A stretch of 61,156 bases of DNA, counting the filler, from Globobulimina sp. (taxonomy: Eukaryota): assembly GCA_003354225.1 (NCBI GenBank). It is 20 parts of 20 records of this genome, joined end to end, with 100 filler letters (N's around TTAATTAATTAA, not from the genome) between each part and the next. Parts side by side here need not be neighbours in the genome. Positions count along the whole stretch, not along the records: positions 24,519 to 27,482 come from PIVH01004217.1; positions 27,583 to 30,545 come from PIVH01004218.1; positions 30,646 to 33,608 come from PIVH01004219.1; positions 33,709 to 36,671 come from PIVH01004220.1; 16 more parts are not named here. The stretch is one strand, 5' to 3'. Below are positions 24,543 to 36,385 of this stretch, one piece after another; position 1 is the first letter of the stretch, and every line of letters begins with the position of its first letter. A model generated the notes under the pieces. That model ran no database searches and had not been told where the DNA came from. It saw nothing but the letters and a program-made list of their open reading frames with translations. The translations under genes and the position numbers were made by a program.

Positions 24543-25579
24543 ATGTGGGCAAGCGTAAAAAATCTTGGCAATCTCTTAGTTGGTTCAAACAAGTATGTAG
24601 GAAAAAACAATTGGGATAAAGCAATGGGGAAATTCACTGAATTGACGGCAACGGATATTGATGGAAAAGGAATGGATTTTCATGTATTTGATGGAAAAGT
24701 ATTATTGTATGTCTCTCATAATTTCATTATTTATGTTTAAAATTCAAAATAATAATTTTCCAGAGTAACAAACGTAGCGTGCAAATGTGGATACACACAA
24801 ACAAGTTATGACAAAATGCAAGAATTAGCCATGAAATATGAAGAAAAAGGATTACAAATACTTTGTTTTCCATGTAATCAATTTATGTCTCAAGAACCGT
24901 GGACAGAAAAAGAAATTAAAGAATGGGTATTTTTTTATTTTTGTTTACTATTTTTTGTCAACTAAATAAATATTTTACTATTATACTAACGCAGGTAAAC
25001 GGGAAATGGCCAAAATTAAATCCAATTTTATTCACTAAGATTGAAGTGAATGGTGACAATACACATAAAGTTTATAAATTTCTGAAAACGTGTTTTCCGG
25101 GAGATATAAATTGGAATTTTAGCACAAAATTTATTATCGGAAGAGATGGTGTTCCTCTTCAAAGATACGATAAAAATCAAAAATGGGAAGATATTGAAAA
25201 AGCTATACAACAACAAATAAGTTGTGATGACATTGTACCATCGCATCAAGATGAGAAAAAACAGGATATTATTAATGATGAGGAGAAAAAAGAAAATGAT
25301 GAGGTTAAAGAGGACGATGTAAATAAAAAAATCAAGGTTGCAACAACTGATTATATTTTTAAAAGTATTGATAAAGATAATAATAAAATTACATGTTTGG
25401 ATGGTGATTTTAATGATTTTGTATTTGATTTAAATCCAGAAAATAAAGATTTATTGGATAAAATTATTAAAGTGGTTCAAGATGGACAAAATCAAAAAAA
25501 AGATGTTACGATTGTTGTGTCCATGTTTAAAAAAAACGACAAAGAAACACAAACGGTAACTGATGTCAAACTTGCTTAA
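24543..25579 (+). CDS. Cys-type glutathione peroxidase with C-terminal eIF5A-like OB domain
   Basis: Introns ~24707-24763 and ~24927-24994. Spliced product has 'TNVACKCGYT', 'FPCNQFMSQEP', 'KIEVNG' and 'WNFSTKF', then an acidic linker and an ~80-aa extra domain. Confidence 0.9.
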
Positions 25580-25763
25580 AATTAATATTATTGACAGTAT
25601 TTATGTTTAATTAATTGATAATTTGACCACTAACGGGCATAATAATAATGCTACAACACACAATAAAACAAAACGAAAAAACAATCTACAAAATAGAACG
25701 TTGTCATTAGTTAATAATTACTTAATATTTACAAAATAGATCCATGTGTTGTATTAGTTGACT

Positions 25764-27240
25764 TCACAGGAAAAGACCAATGATTCCCACAACCATTGAA
25801 AATGCGCCAAATACCAATAAGGCCACAGCAGGCCATGTATCAATAATTGCAGCACATGCTTCGCCAGGTTTCGCTCTCCAAGGAAAAATTGGATATTCTG
25901 TTAATTTTAAATGTATCATACACGGCAATATAAATGTTAAATTAACCACGGCAACCAAACCAGTGACGGTCATAACCATTCCCAAATCACTAATCCATAA
26001 GGAAAGGACACAGAAAAATGTTAATAAACTGATGGTGAATATTAATCTCCAAAAAACAGTCGCTTTCTCATAGGTCTCCACTTGCGTATAAAACACACAC
26101 GAATACGCAATATGGCGCACCACATAAAACGCAGTGGGAAATATAAAAACCATGGTAAACACATACAAAACTCGTGTAAATAGTACTAAATGGTTATTCT
26201 TGCTGTAACCATCTAAAATATCATCATCCACATCCTCTCCAAACGATAAATATCCAAATGTACCCACTGTAGCACATAAACAAAACTGTATTCCCATAGC
26301 CCATCTATCAACAAACACTACTAAACAACACAGAATATATAATACACAACACATACGATGCTAAGATTGTGAATCGATTGGTGGTGGGGTTAATCAACGT
26401 TTTTATCACCAAAAAGGTCTGATCCTGCTGCGAAAACGCAAACGCAATGGCACCAAATGCCTGCACGATATCGGTGACATTGTCGGCGCCCATCTCGACA
26501 TGTTCGTGATTGTACTGATAATGATGGAAATATTCGTACGTCACCACACCAATCATAAATGCGATGGACAATATAGCGAACGCGCTGATTTTCTCAATGA
26601 ACCTGAAATCTTTGCCAATGCTGAAGGGGAATAGGAAGAATATATAAGCCGCGATTATAAGCAATTTCTTATCGCCATCTGAGTCCCAGCTCAATATTTG
26701 ACTGAAAACGTCGTGCGCAGAATTACCTAAAATGATGCTATATGTCAAACATTGGCCCACATCAAACAATAAGATGGAAGCAATTAAATTATAATAACCC
26801 CAGGCGCCCCAACACCGATGACATAAATCTTCGTAATTCCAGACCCCAACGCGGCGGCCGTTTTTTATCAATAAGCGGAGTGTATAGATACTAAAGACGG
26901 CCACCATCGCCATTAACAACATACCGACTAAAATACCGGACTGTGCGGTCTGTAGTGGTAAGCCTACGATACCACAGCCGGCCAACATGTTAAATATAGC
27001 CGTATACATTGGAGATTTCTCCTCTTCGTCTGAGCCACCGGAGGCGGCTGCGTCTGTCCAAGATTTCTTACGTACGCCGGCTCCATTCTCTTCTGCGGGT
27101 GGCTCCAAATGGTCATGCGCTAGAAAGCCAGCTTCAGGCGATTCTATACCGCCTTTTTGGATGGTAACACACGAATTGTCCATCGGTGCTGTTTCTCGAT
27201 TGGCATCCATTGATTTGTTTAGTGAGGAGGTCGAGGCCAT
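25764..27240 (-). CDS. Amino acid transporter, SLC38/AAAP family
   Basis: 'AIFNMLAGCGIVGLP', 'NYEDL', 'GAIAFAF', 'GYLSFG' and 'FILPC'; about 11 TM segments; intron ~26306-26356. Confidence 0.92.
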
Positions 27241-27582
27241 GTTGATTTGTTTTCTACAGTATTTCAAAAAAGATTTTAAAATTGGCAGGGGCCTTGACAA
27301 GTATTTAAGATCTCATCTTGTGTTAAAAAAGTATTTAATGCCTGTTTAGCAGTCACTTGTGGCGAGGTTAAACCGTGCGTATTGTCTGCTGCTAAAGGCG
27401 GTATATTTACAAATGGTGGATCCGGGTAATCCGCATAGTCCCAACCTTGAATTTTGCATATATTCGAACCATATGTCTCACTNNNNNNNNNNNNNNNNNN
27501 NNNNNNNNNNNNNNNNNNNNNNNNNNTTAATTAATTAANNNNNNNNNNNNNNNNNNNNNNNNNNNNNNNNNNNNNNNNNNNN

Positions 27583-30545
27583 TATCTCGCGGATCGTCTG
27601 TATTCTCGTCGGGTTTCGCTCTGTGTAAATCTTCCAAAGCATTTTTTAATTTCTCGCGAACCATTTTCTTTTGTCTGGATGCACTTAATATCGGTGTTTT
27701 GTTCTCTTTGTTGTTTGTAATTTCATCAATTTCTTCTTTATTATCACTCTCAGTGTCTGTCTCAGCATCGCTGTCATTATCCTTACCATTATTATTATTA
27801 TTATTCTTTGTATAGTTTATACTTGATTCATTTTGTCTAATTTTGCGGGATTCAGAATCAATAATGTTATGAACTTTAGATATATCTGTTTGAATCCAAT
27901 GCGGCAATACGGGTGTTCTAAATGTTGATACTGTATGATTTGAACGAAAGGAGGAGACTTCGACATTTTCGACACTCACAGTTTTTAAAAAAGCGTTTTC
28001 TAACTTACTTAAACCTAGCTTGATTTTCTCAGAGTTCCATGCCAGCTCTCTTCTGACTTGCTGTTTCTATAACAAATAAGACATATAATATAGAAATATA
28101 AATAAATAAGTACAACATACATCTTTTTGTAATTGTTTATTCATTTTTGTTCTGAGATTTGTATCAATGTCCAAGTCAGAGATACAGAGTCCTAAATCGT
28201 GTTGAATAAATTCTTTTGTTTTAGTTAAAATTTCTTGTTTTTTGTTTCTGATAATATTTAATTCTTTTCGTAATTCCGATTTATATCTATCAGCTGCACT
28301 TTGGGCATTATCTAATTCTCTCTGTATCTTTTCGCCTTGGACTGAATAATCATTTAATGACATATCCACTTCATCTTTTTCCTCGCAAATACGTTTTATT
28401 TTGGACGTTTCTGCATCGCCCAATGAAATATGTTCCACTTCAAAATTTTCATCAAATGAGGGATGTTTTAATTTATTTGGATCAAACAAGTGACAAAATA
28501 ATGATCCATCAGAACTGCTGCTTACTAACATTCGATCATCAAAGGACATTGATAATAAATTAGCTGTATTTTGCCAATTGCTATGAATTCGGATATTTAC
28601 ATATTTTTCATTATCACATACATCACAAATTTGTATCATACTTTGTTGACTTGAAACTAATAAAAATCGTTTTGATGGCGAATACGACAAATTATTTATG
28701 TAATCATGTTCAAAATGTGTGGCATTAAAGTGAATGATATTATTTGTTGAAATGTTCCATTGATAATAATTTGGGATACAAAGTAATTCATTATTTACAC
28801 ATTTTACTGCAATTAATAAATCGCTATCGTTGTCGTAAAATGGTAGAATCGATGATATTTCCCATTCTATACTATCAAATATATTTTCTTTTTCTTTTTG
28901 TTCTGGTTCTTGTTTACTCTCCTTTTCCTCCGTTTGTGTCTCTTGTTTCTCTTCATTCTTTTCCTCTTTCTGTTCGTTGTCATTGGTGTTTGGTTCTTCA
29001 ACTTTCGCATTCTCAGTCACTTCATTTTAAAGCAACAAGTTTTTTTTTACTACAAACAATGTCAAAGATAAGATGTTGAACTTAACAGAGCGGAGTAAAA
29101 TGAATAATTTTGGGGTTTAATTCGATTTGAAATGTGGAGGATGTATCAAATTGTTCGTTTGTGGGTCGTGTGTATGTAATTATATCTTGTTTACAGTATG
29201 AATACAATGAATTATTGTCTATGCTCCAATATATTTTATTTAATCCGTGTTTCAATAAAACAAAGCCTATTGGTTCAATTGTAATGCTTTCATCGTTATC
29301 AATCTAGCAAAAGCAAAACAAAAATGTGTGCAAACAATAAAACGTAACCGACAAATAACGTAACTGAGATTTGAGAAAAGAATAATTGTTTTTCGGTAAT
29401 TGTAGCCAAATATTGCGAATTACTTGAAATAGCGCCGTGTATAATTGGTTGATCGTGAATCCGTAACGAACATTTAATTATAAATGCATCCATTCCTCTT
29501 TCTATAATCCGTACAACTCCGTCGTCGCAAAACGCCATAAAATATTTGTTACTATCATTTATTTTAAGTGGTAATAATAAGTTAATGGATGATTTTAAAT
29601 TTTTCAAAAAATCACATTTTTGCGTTTCTAAATCCCAATGACGAATACTTCCGTCTTTGCCGGATGTAATCATATCATGCGATTTATTTCCACATTCAAT
29701 GGACGTTACATATAATCCATGAAATTGTACCACAGAACACAACGTATAATCATTATCCATACACAATTTATATAAATTGCCCATGGCATCCTGTATAATC
29801 CAGTACATATTTTTGTATTTTATCATAGACATTAATTTGCATTTTGTATTTACTTTAATTTCATGCTTAATTTGTAACGGATAATATGACAAATCATCAG
29901 AGGCTTCAAAAAATTCAATATTGTCGCAGTTCCAAAATTTAATATCTCCATCGGTTCCGGCTGAAATTAGTGTCATTGTATCGTCATTTTCTTTGTATAT
30001 ATCCACATAAATAATATTGCCATTATGACAGGTTGTATCTTGACTGGGTTTAATAACAAATTGTATTAAATCGGTCTGCCACATTAAAATATTACCATGT
30101 TCTGAACCACTCAGGATTTTACCACATGGAAACTCAACGAAAGACCAAACATCACTCAAATCCACTTCCCCAAATTTACCAATCTTGCCTTGTAATTTTA
30201 AACCGGTAAAAGTTTGGGCCATGTCCCAAAATTTAATATGTCCGGTTCCCGCAGTTATTAATCGGTTCTGTGATTTAATTTAATTATTTCATATGATGTG
30301 GAATGTGAAATGTATACGAAATGTATACCTGATTATAGGGCGAAAACCGCACATTAAACACAGTTTGAGAGAACGCTTTTGCTCTTAATAGGACAGTACC
30401 AACTTTCCAATCCCAAATTGTTAGCATATGATCAGGCGTTCCGCCAATTGTTGCTAAATAATTTCCATTCGAATTAAATTCCATATCGCTGTATTTCCGT
30501 TGTGTTCCCTTTGAGAGAATTTTTTCTTCTTTTAATTCTGGATAG
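27583..30545 (-). CDS. CFAP44: Cilia- and flagella-associated protein 44 (WDR52), internal fragment, spliced
   Basis: 'MAQTFTGLKLQGKIGKFG..LSD..FVEFPCGKILSGSEHGNILMW', 'LLRAKAFSQTVFNVRFSPYN' and 'DYSVQGEK' are CFAP44 hallmarks; WD40 repeats followed by coiled coil. Confidence 0.9.
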
Positions 30546-30645
30546 NNNNNNNNNNNNNNNNNNNNNNNNNNNNNNNNNNNNNNNNNNNNTTAATTAATTA
30601 ANNNNNNNNNNNNNNNNNNNNNNNNNNNNNNNNNNNNNNNNNNNN

Positions 30646-31474
30646 TAACATTATTATTATTGGTCTGGTTTTTGAAATTTAAAGGAGAATATGGTGAATT
30701 CATAGAGGACCACGGCGAACCAGGCGAATCCACTTGAATTGTCGTTTGCGATTCATTTGTTTTTGATTCTTTCCCGAATACACCAATTGAGATTGGCTCT
30801 GTATATCATACCATATATCAGTATATGTTGGTATTAAATTAAAATAAATATAAATAACGTGGAGTTTGCGGCTTTCTTTGCTCTGAAATGGCGGATAATG
30901 GCTGAGCTGTACAGGTTGTTACGGATTGACTTTGAACTAAATATTTTCCAACAGATTTTGTATAATATTTCTTATAATTTATTCTATCTCTCCATAATTT
31001 TGGATTTAATTTATAATTCGTATACGGATATTGCATATTTTGCTGAATGTCTGATATATTTCGTAGATTAATGATTTGTATTTGATTGTATGAGTTGTTT
31101 TTGCATTCTTCAGAACCGCCCAGTAATAATAAAAAATTTTGATACCGATGGAAATACAAATACACAAATTGTATAACATTAATTGGTACAATAAAATTGC
31201 CATATTTTGATTGGTCTGTATCATGATCAGATAAATCAGACGCAACCGAGTCAACGGAAAATGATCTTGTTTTCATTGATGGTATTCCTAAATTGAATAA
31301 TTGCATTTGTTGTTCGTATTTGCTTAATGGTGCTAAACCGGGTGAATCTAATAAATCATTTTCAGTTTTTTTCTCGTTATCATCAAGTTGATAATGAGGT
31401 ATATTCGCTATAGCTAGTAATCGACGTAAATAACCTAAAATTAACAGTTGTTTTTGGTCCAGATTGGTTTCCAT
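30646..31474 (-). CDS. Paralog of the adjacent kelch protein, N-terminal part (3' partial)
   Basis: Starts METNLDQKQLLILGYLR, identical to the + strand neighbour. Intron 30799-30858; the next exon encodes 'SPWSSMNSPYSP', matching 'SPWSAVNSPYSP' in the neighbour. Confidence 0.85.
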
Positions 31475-31510
31475 GGTAGTGAAAAAATAAAAAACCCCGC
31501 AATATCAAAC

Positions 31511-33598
31511 ATGGAGACCAATCTGGACCAAAAACAACTGTTAATTTTAGGTTATTTACGTGAATTGCTAAACAATTCAAACCTATTCGAGTATCAATTG
31601 GGTTTTGACGGTGATGATTATGAGAAAACCATTGTAAATGCAGCAGACTCGCCAGCGTTAGAATTATCACCATTTAGTAAATTCGATCAACATATCCAAT
31701 TATTTAATTTTGGTGAAATACCTGAATTTACATTACCACCGCCAGCGACTGGAATTAATTCCGTGCCATCACAATATCACAATTTTAGACTTCCATTAAA
31801 TGTAATTCAGTTTGTTTATTTATATTTTAATCGGTTTCAAAATTATTTATTATTAATGGGCGGTTCTGAAGATTGCAAAGAAAATCGTTACAATGAAATT
31901 CAGATTATTAATCTACGAAATATATCAGACATTAAACAAAATATGGAATATCCGTACACCAATTACCGATTAAACCCAATATTATGGAGAGAGCGAATAA
32001 ATTATACTCCATATTTTAACAAATCGATTGGTAAATACTTAAGTGCAGAAAGCAAAGTTGTGTCGACTGCAATGCCCATTACTATTATACCAGAAGAAGA
32101 GGAGAAGAAACAACCAATAAAAGCATTAATCATTACCCAAAGCGAAACCAATCAGTCTCATTCGCCGTGGTCGGCAGTCAATTCTCCCTATTCACCATTT
32201 GCTAAATTAGCAGGCAACAATAACAATAATATGAATCTAAATCCATTCGCGCAAATCGATGAATTTAAAATGCAAAATCGACAGCGAGCAAAATCTCATT
32301 CCAACATTACAAAATTAGCAAAGAAAGATATTAAAAAAATAAAACAAGGAAAAAATAAAAATAAAAAGAAAAAGAAAATTAAAATTAAAAATACAAAAAA
32401 GCACAATGTCAAATCAAAATCAATGAAAAAACTGAAATCAACAAAAAAGTGTAAAAATACATTGAGTGCCAAATCACCAAAATCAAGAAGAGCGAGTTCG
32501 ATGTTACCCACTGAGAAAAGAAAGAAAGGCCACCGGGGCAACGGCAAGAATGCGGTGACGGACAACATGTATTTTGACCGCTATTCGTATGGTGAATGTG
32601 TAATGTCTGTTTCGTCGCATTTAATTGGGATATTACCGTCGTGGCCATGGCTGAAAGCCAAATATAACTCCGATATAAGTCGAAATGCGGATAATTTGGA
32701 ATTTGCCAAATATAAAATGTTCATTCGTTGTGGTGGTATTTTTACCAAAGACGATGAATATTCGAATGAGAATGATTTGATTTTCTTCAATGCCGCCAAT
32801 TTGAATGATATTGGTCGACAAATTGATTGTTATTATTGTAAATTGCCGTCATTAAAACAGAAGATTGAGTCACCAGCGATTGTGTATAATAACATCAATA
32901 ATTTGTTGTCGTTTGGTGGCTATAGCTACGATGATGGAAAAGCTTTAAAATCCATTTATTCCTTAAACTTAAATACGAAAAGAAGCAAATTTAAATGGAA
33001 AAAATATGGCTGTTTAATGATGAAAGCGAGATATGATTCGTCGGTGACACATATTGTGAATAATATGGGACAGAATAAATTTATCATCATTGGCGGCAAA
33101 GGATCGTCGACCAAAGCAATTGATTGTTGTGAAATGTTTGATTCTTCGAAAACAAGCAAGCAGTCAAAATGTATGCTTTTAAAAGAATTAAATTTTGCTC
33201 GCTTTAAGCCAGGTTCGTGTCAAATAAATGGCAATAAATCCAAGATAGCGGTTTGTGGCGGCATACTATATGGAAAGGGCGCAAATGTGGTCGAGATGTA
33301 CGATTTGAATAAAGATAAATGGACAATTCATGCCACTCCGCTGCAATATGACCATCAACATCCAAGCATATGGAGCGAAGTAAAAGCCATCAATCCAAAT
33401 ATATTATACGTTGCTGGCAATAATATCGCTTTTGGCGCCAAAAAAGGCTCGCTTGGATATATTGAATGGACGGACTTGAGGATGAAAGCAAAGAAATTTA
33501 ACTTGTTATATGACGAACCAATCGAGCAATTATTTGAGTTTTGGAATTTAAGGCCAAATATTTGGGAGCCGAGGTCTTTGATTCAATTTCCATTATAA
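31511..33598 (+). CDS. Kelch-type beta-propeller protein with Lys-rich linker
   Basis: ATG at 31511. Kelch blades 'LLSFGGY', 'FIIIGG..CCEMFD' and 'IAVCGG..VEMYDLNKDKW'; intronless. Confidence 0.85.
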   Translation: METNLDQKQLLILGYLRELLNNSNLFEYQLGFDGDDYEKTIVNAADSPALELSPFSKFDQHIQLFNFGEIPEFTLPPPATGINSVPSQYHNFRLPLNVIQFVYLYFNRFQNYLLLMGGSEDCKENRYNEIQIINLRNISDIKQNMEYPYTNYRLNPILWRERINYTPYFNKSIGKYLSAESKVVSTAMPITIIPEEEEKKQPIKALIITQSETNQSHSPWSAVNSPYSPFAKLAGNNNNNMNLNPFAQIDEFKMQNRQRAKSHSNITKLAKKDIKKIKQGKNKNKKKKKIKIKNTKKHNVKSKSMKKLKSTKKCKNTLSAKSPKSRRASSMLPTEKRKKGHRGNGKNAVTDNMYFDRYSYGECVMSVSSHLIGILPSWPWLKAKYNSDISRNADNLEFAKYKMFIRCGGIFTKDDEYSNENDLIFFNAANLNDIGRQIDCYYCKLPSLKQKIESPAIVYNNINNLLSFGGYSYDDGKALKSIYSLNLNTKRSKFKWKKYGCLMMKARYDSSVTHIVNNMGQNKFIIIGGKGSSTKAIDCCEMFDSSKTSKQSKCMLLKELNFARFKPGSCQINGNKSKIAVCGGILYGKGANVVEMYDLNKDKWTIHATPLQYDHQHPSIWSEVKAINPNILYVAGNNIAFGAKKGSLGYIEWTDLRMKAKKFNLLYDEPIEQLFEFWNLRPNIWEPRSLIQFPL

Positions 33599-33708
33599 TT
33601 GCAATTGTNNNNNNNNNNNNNNNNNNNNNNNNNNNNNNNNNNNNNNNNNNNNTTAATTAATTAANNNNNNNNNNNNNNNNNNNNNNNNNNNNNNNNNNNN
33701 NNNNNNNN

Positions 33709-34680
33709 GTAGTTCGTGGATTAACGCAATTTGTGAAAACTGGTCCAAAGCCTCAATACAATGCAGTACCAATGATGAAAAAAGAAAATTGTTCATGGAG
33801 CAAACGAATAAATAAACTGAAACAACACATATATTTAAAACAATTGCATGCCAATGCCATTGACGCAGATAAATGTAAAAAAAAATCACTGTGTATTGAG
33901 ATCCAAGAATCTGAATTAAAAATTGAAAACGAATGGATTTGTCACGACGCATTAAGACAAAATATAAATAAATACATGGAATTGAATGGCTTAAACAATA
34001 GTAATCCGCTTATTATATTGTCAGAGAGCAAGAATGACATTGAGATGACGGATAAAATAAATAGATTGGATGTATTGGAGACGTTTATTATAAAACCTGG
34101 ACATCGCATATCGTCATTAGTGGGTGAATTAGGAGTGAGGTCAAATAAATTTATTGCAAAAGGCACAGTGTTGGGGCAGTATACGGGCAGCGAGTATTTA
34201 TCCGAGGAGTTTGAGGAAATATATTGTGGATCCATGGAATATGACACACGGAGTATATATTCCTTTGAGCTGAATGTGAATATTCCAAATTGTAACGGCA
34301 ATGGCAATGATAATGAATGTTATAAAATGGTTATTGATGCCTGGGACGAGAGGAAGAAGAATGCGTTGATTTATGTGAATGACTGCAGAAAAGACATAAA
34401 TGTGAATATTCCGACCAATGAAGATAATAAATATTGGAATTGCAGTTTTAAGAATGTATATATTGATGGCTGGCCGTGCGTTTTTATCATTGCTAAAAGA
34501 GATATTAAAGTCGGTGAGGAATTGAATTTATTTTATGGTGCAAAGTACGGAGAATCTATTAAATTAAAAGATAATTATCAAACACTCATGGCTCGAATTA
34601 CCGGATTAATCGATGATGCGATTTTAAAAATGTTGGGAATGGATGTTGAGATTTCCGATGTGTATATTCTGGATATATAG
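33709..34680 (+). CDS. SET-domain protein (5' partial)
   Basis: 'LGVRSNKFIAKGTVLGQYTG', 'YVNDCR', 'NCSF' and 'AKRDIKVGEELNLFYG'. Confidence 0.88.
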   Translation, partial: VVRGLTQFVKTGPKPQYNAVPMMKKENCSWSKRINKLKQHIYLKQLHANAIDADKCKKKSLCIEIQESELKIENEWICHDALRQNINKYMELNGLNNSNPLIILSESKNDIEMTDKINRLDVLETFIIKPGHRISSLVGELGVRSNKFIAKGTVLGQYTGSEYLSEEFEEIYCGSMEYDTRSIYSFELNVNIPNCNGNGNDNECYKMVIDAWDERKKNALIYVNDCRKDINVNIPTNEDNKYWNCSFKNVYIDGWPCVFIIAKRDIKVGEELNLFYGAKYGESIKLKDNYQTLMARITGLIDDAILKMLGMDVEISDVYILDI

Positions 34681-34801
34681 CAATGTATAATAACTATAAT
34701 TGTATATGTACTGTACCTCTGATACATAACTGTCTTCCCCGTACTGTTTACTCTTAATTAATATTTTAATTTTATTTTATGTTATTTCTTATTCTGTTTA
34801 T

Positions 34802-34889
34802 TTCGATAATTATGAATCCCGACCATAGTTATGAATATTTCGATAATTATGAATCCCGATAATTATGAATATTTCGATAATTATTGAAT
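34802..34889. repeat. Short tandem array of CGATAATTATGAAT-like units
   Basis: About five imperfect copies, alternating TTTCGATAATTATGAAT and CCCGATAATTATGAAT. Confidence 0.8.
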
Positions 34890-34982
34890 TTTCCTCTAAA
34901 GTTTTCCTATATCACTAAAACTTTTCGTAAGTTGCATTACTAACTCACGTACTTAATATCAAACGTTTTACAAACTTGAATT

Positions 34983-36385
34983 ATGGCAAATAACGGAGGT
35001 GCACTCCTAGGAGGTCTCCTAATTGGTGGCCTCGTCGTAGGAGCAGCAGTTAAGTCTCATAATTTCCTTTCAATTCCATACGATATCTCCTACCAAATCA
35101 ACTAATTAAAAAGATGTCTGCTGGAAATGCAGCAGATCGTCAAAACCGACGCAATTACACACAAAATAACAGACAAATACAACAACAACAACGTATGTCC
35201 CATTACTTGAATATCTTAGACTGTAACTAATAAAAATCAAAATAAACAGAAATAAACGCAACCACATATTGTATTTGTGGCGCTCAAATGGTTCAAGGCC
35301 GCATTCAACAAGGAATTGCAAAATGTAATAATTTAAATTGTCAGAAAATATTGACCGGCTCCGTCTGTTATTACTGTCCAAATGGCGGCAATGTTCAGCA
35401 GCATAGAAATGGATTTTTTTATTGCGGCGCGTGTGCCTTCCAATTGCGACGAGGCAACAAAGTCATTAAACCCGTACAGACAGTCAAGCAGTCTCATAAC
35501 GGATATCCCGCACAACAAACTGCCATAAAACATAAAGCTGTCATTGTCAAACAAGGCTATATGAACAAAAAAGGCAATTGGTTTAATACGGGATATAAAA
35601 AGAGATGGTTTAAATTATGGAGCAATAAAAAAATGGCTTATTTGACCCATCCTGGTATATATTACACTTATTTTTAGTTCCAAACATGCACAAAAAACTG
35701 AGTACTGTATGTTTGAAACTCAAAATTTTAATTTCATCCATTTTACGGTGAAAAACACTGAAACCACACAGGTGCGTCCTATACGAAGGGCTATGCCGAT
35801 TTCACCCACATCAAGAAAATGGAGAAAAAGGGCAAACACGGATTTGAGGTCACAACCACAGAGCGCGTATGGTCTTTTTTATGCCAATCCGAAGCAGATC
35901 GCAATGAGTGGTTCCTGACCATACAGAATATCTGCACCAATATCAAACCAGTTATGCTTAAACAGCCAATACAAAAACCGCAAGTAAACTATGTGCCGGC
36001 GCCGCAGCCACAGGTTCGATATGTACAGCCAATGCAAAATATGCAACCGCCAGTAAACTATGTGCCGGCGCCGCCACCTCAGCCACAGGTTCACTATGTA
36101 CAGCCGGTACAGCCAAATAATGGAAATGGGGCACAGCCAATGTATCCGATTCCGGCACAACAACAGCAAAAACCATCGAGTCAGAGTTTACAGCCTGGAA
36201 TGGTTGGATATAATGTTGGTAATATGTATGGAAATAATAATAATGTGAAGTGGGACGATAAGGCGCCACCGCCAGCTTTTGCAGCTGCGTCTGCGCCGCC
36301 TGAAGAAGACCTAGTGCCCAGCGCTCCTTCTGCTCCTTCTGCGCCTGTTGAGAATCAAAAGGAAGGAGCCTTCACTGGGCAATAA
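34983..36385 (+). CDS. PH-domain protein with N-terminal Cys-rich zinc-binding module and Pro/Gln-rich tail (4 exons)
   Basis: Introns 35049-35113, ~35192-35249 and ~35656-35771. PH domain 'KQGYMNKKG..YKKRWFKL..FEVTTTERVWSFLCQSEADRNEWF'; Cys module 'CICG..CNNLNC..CYYCP..H..FYCGAC'. Confidence 0.85.

Noticed and set aside
24770-24795. Selenocysteine in the GPx active site
   Set aside because: The codon is TGT (Cys), with no in-frame TGA.
31448-31510. N-terminal extension of the kelch ORF overlapping its paralog
   Set aside because: It relies on a TTG start; paralog identity begins exactly at ATG 31511.
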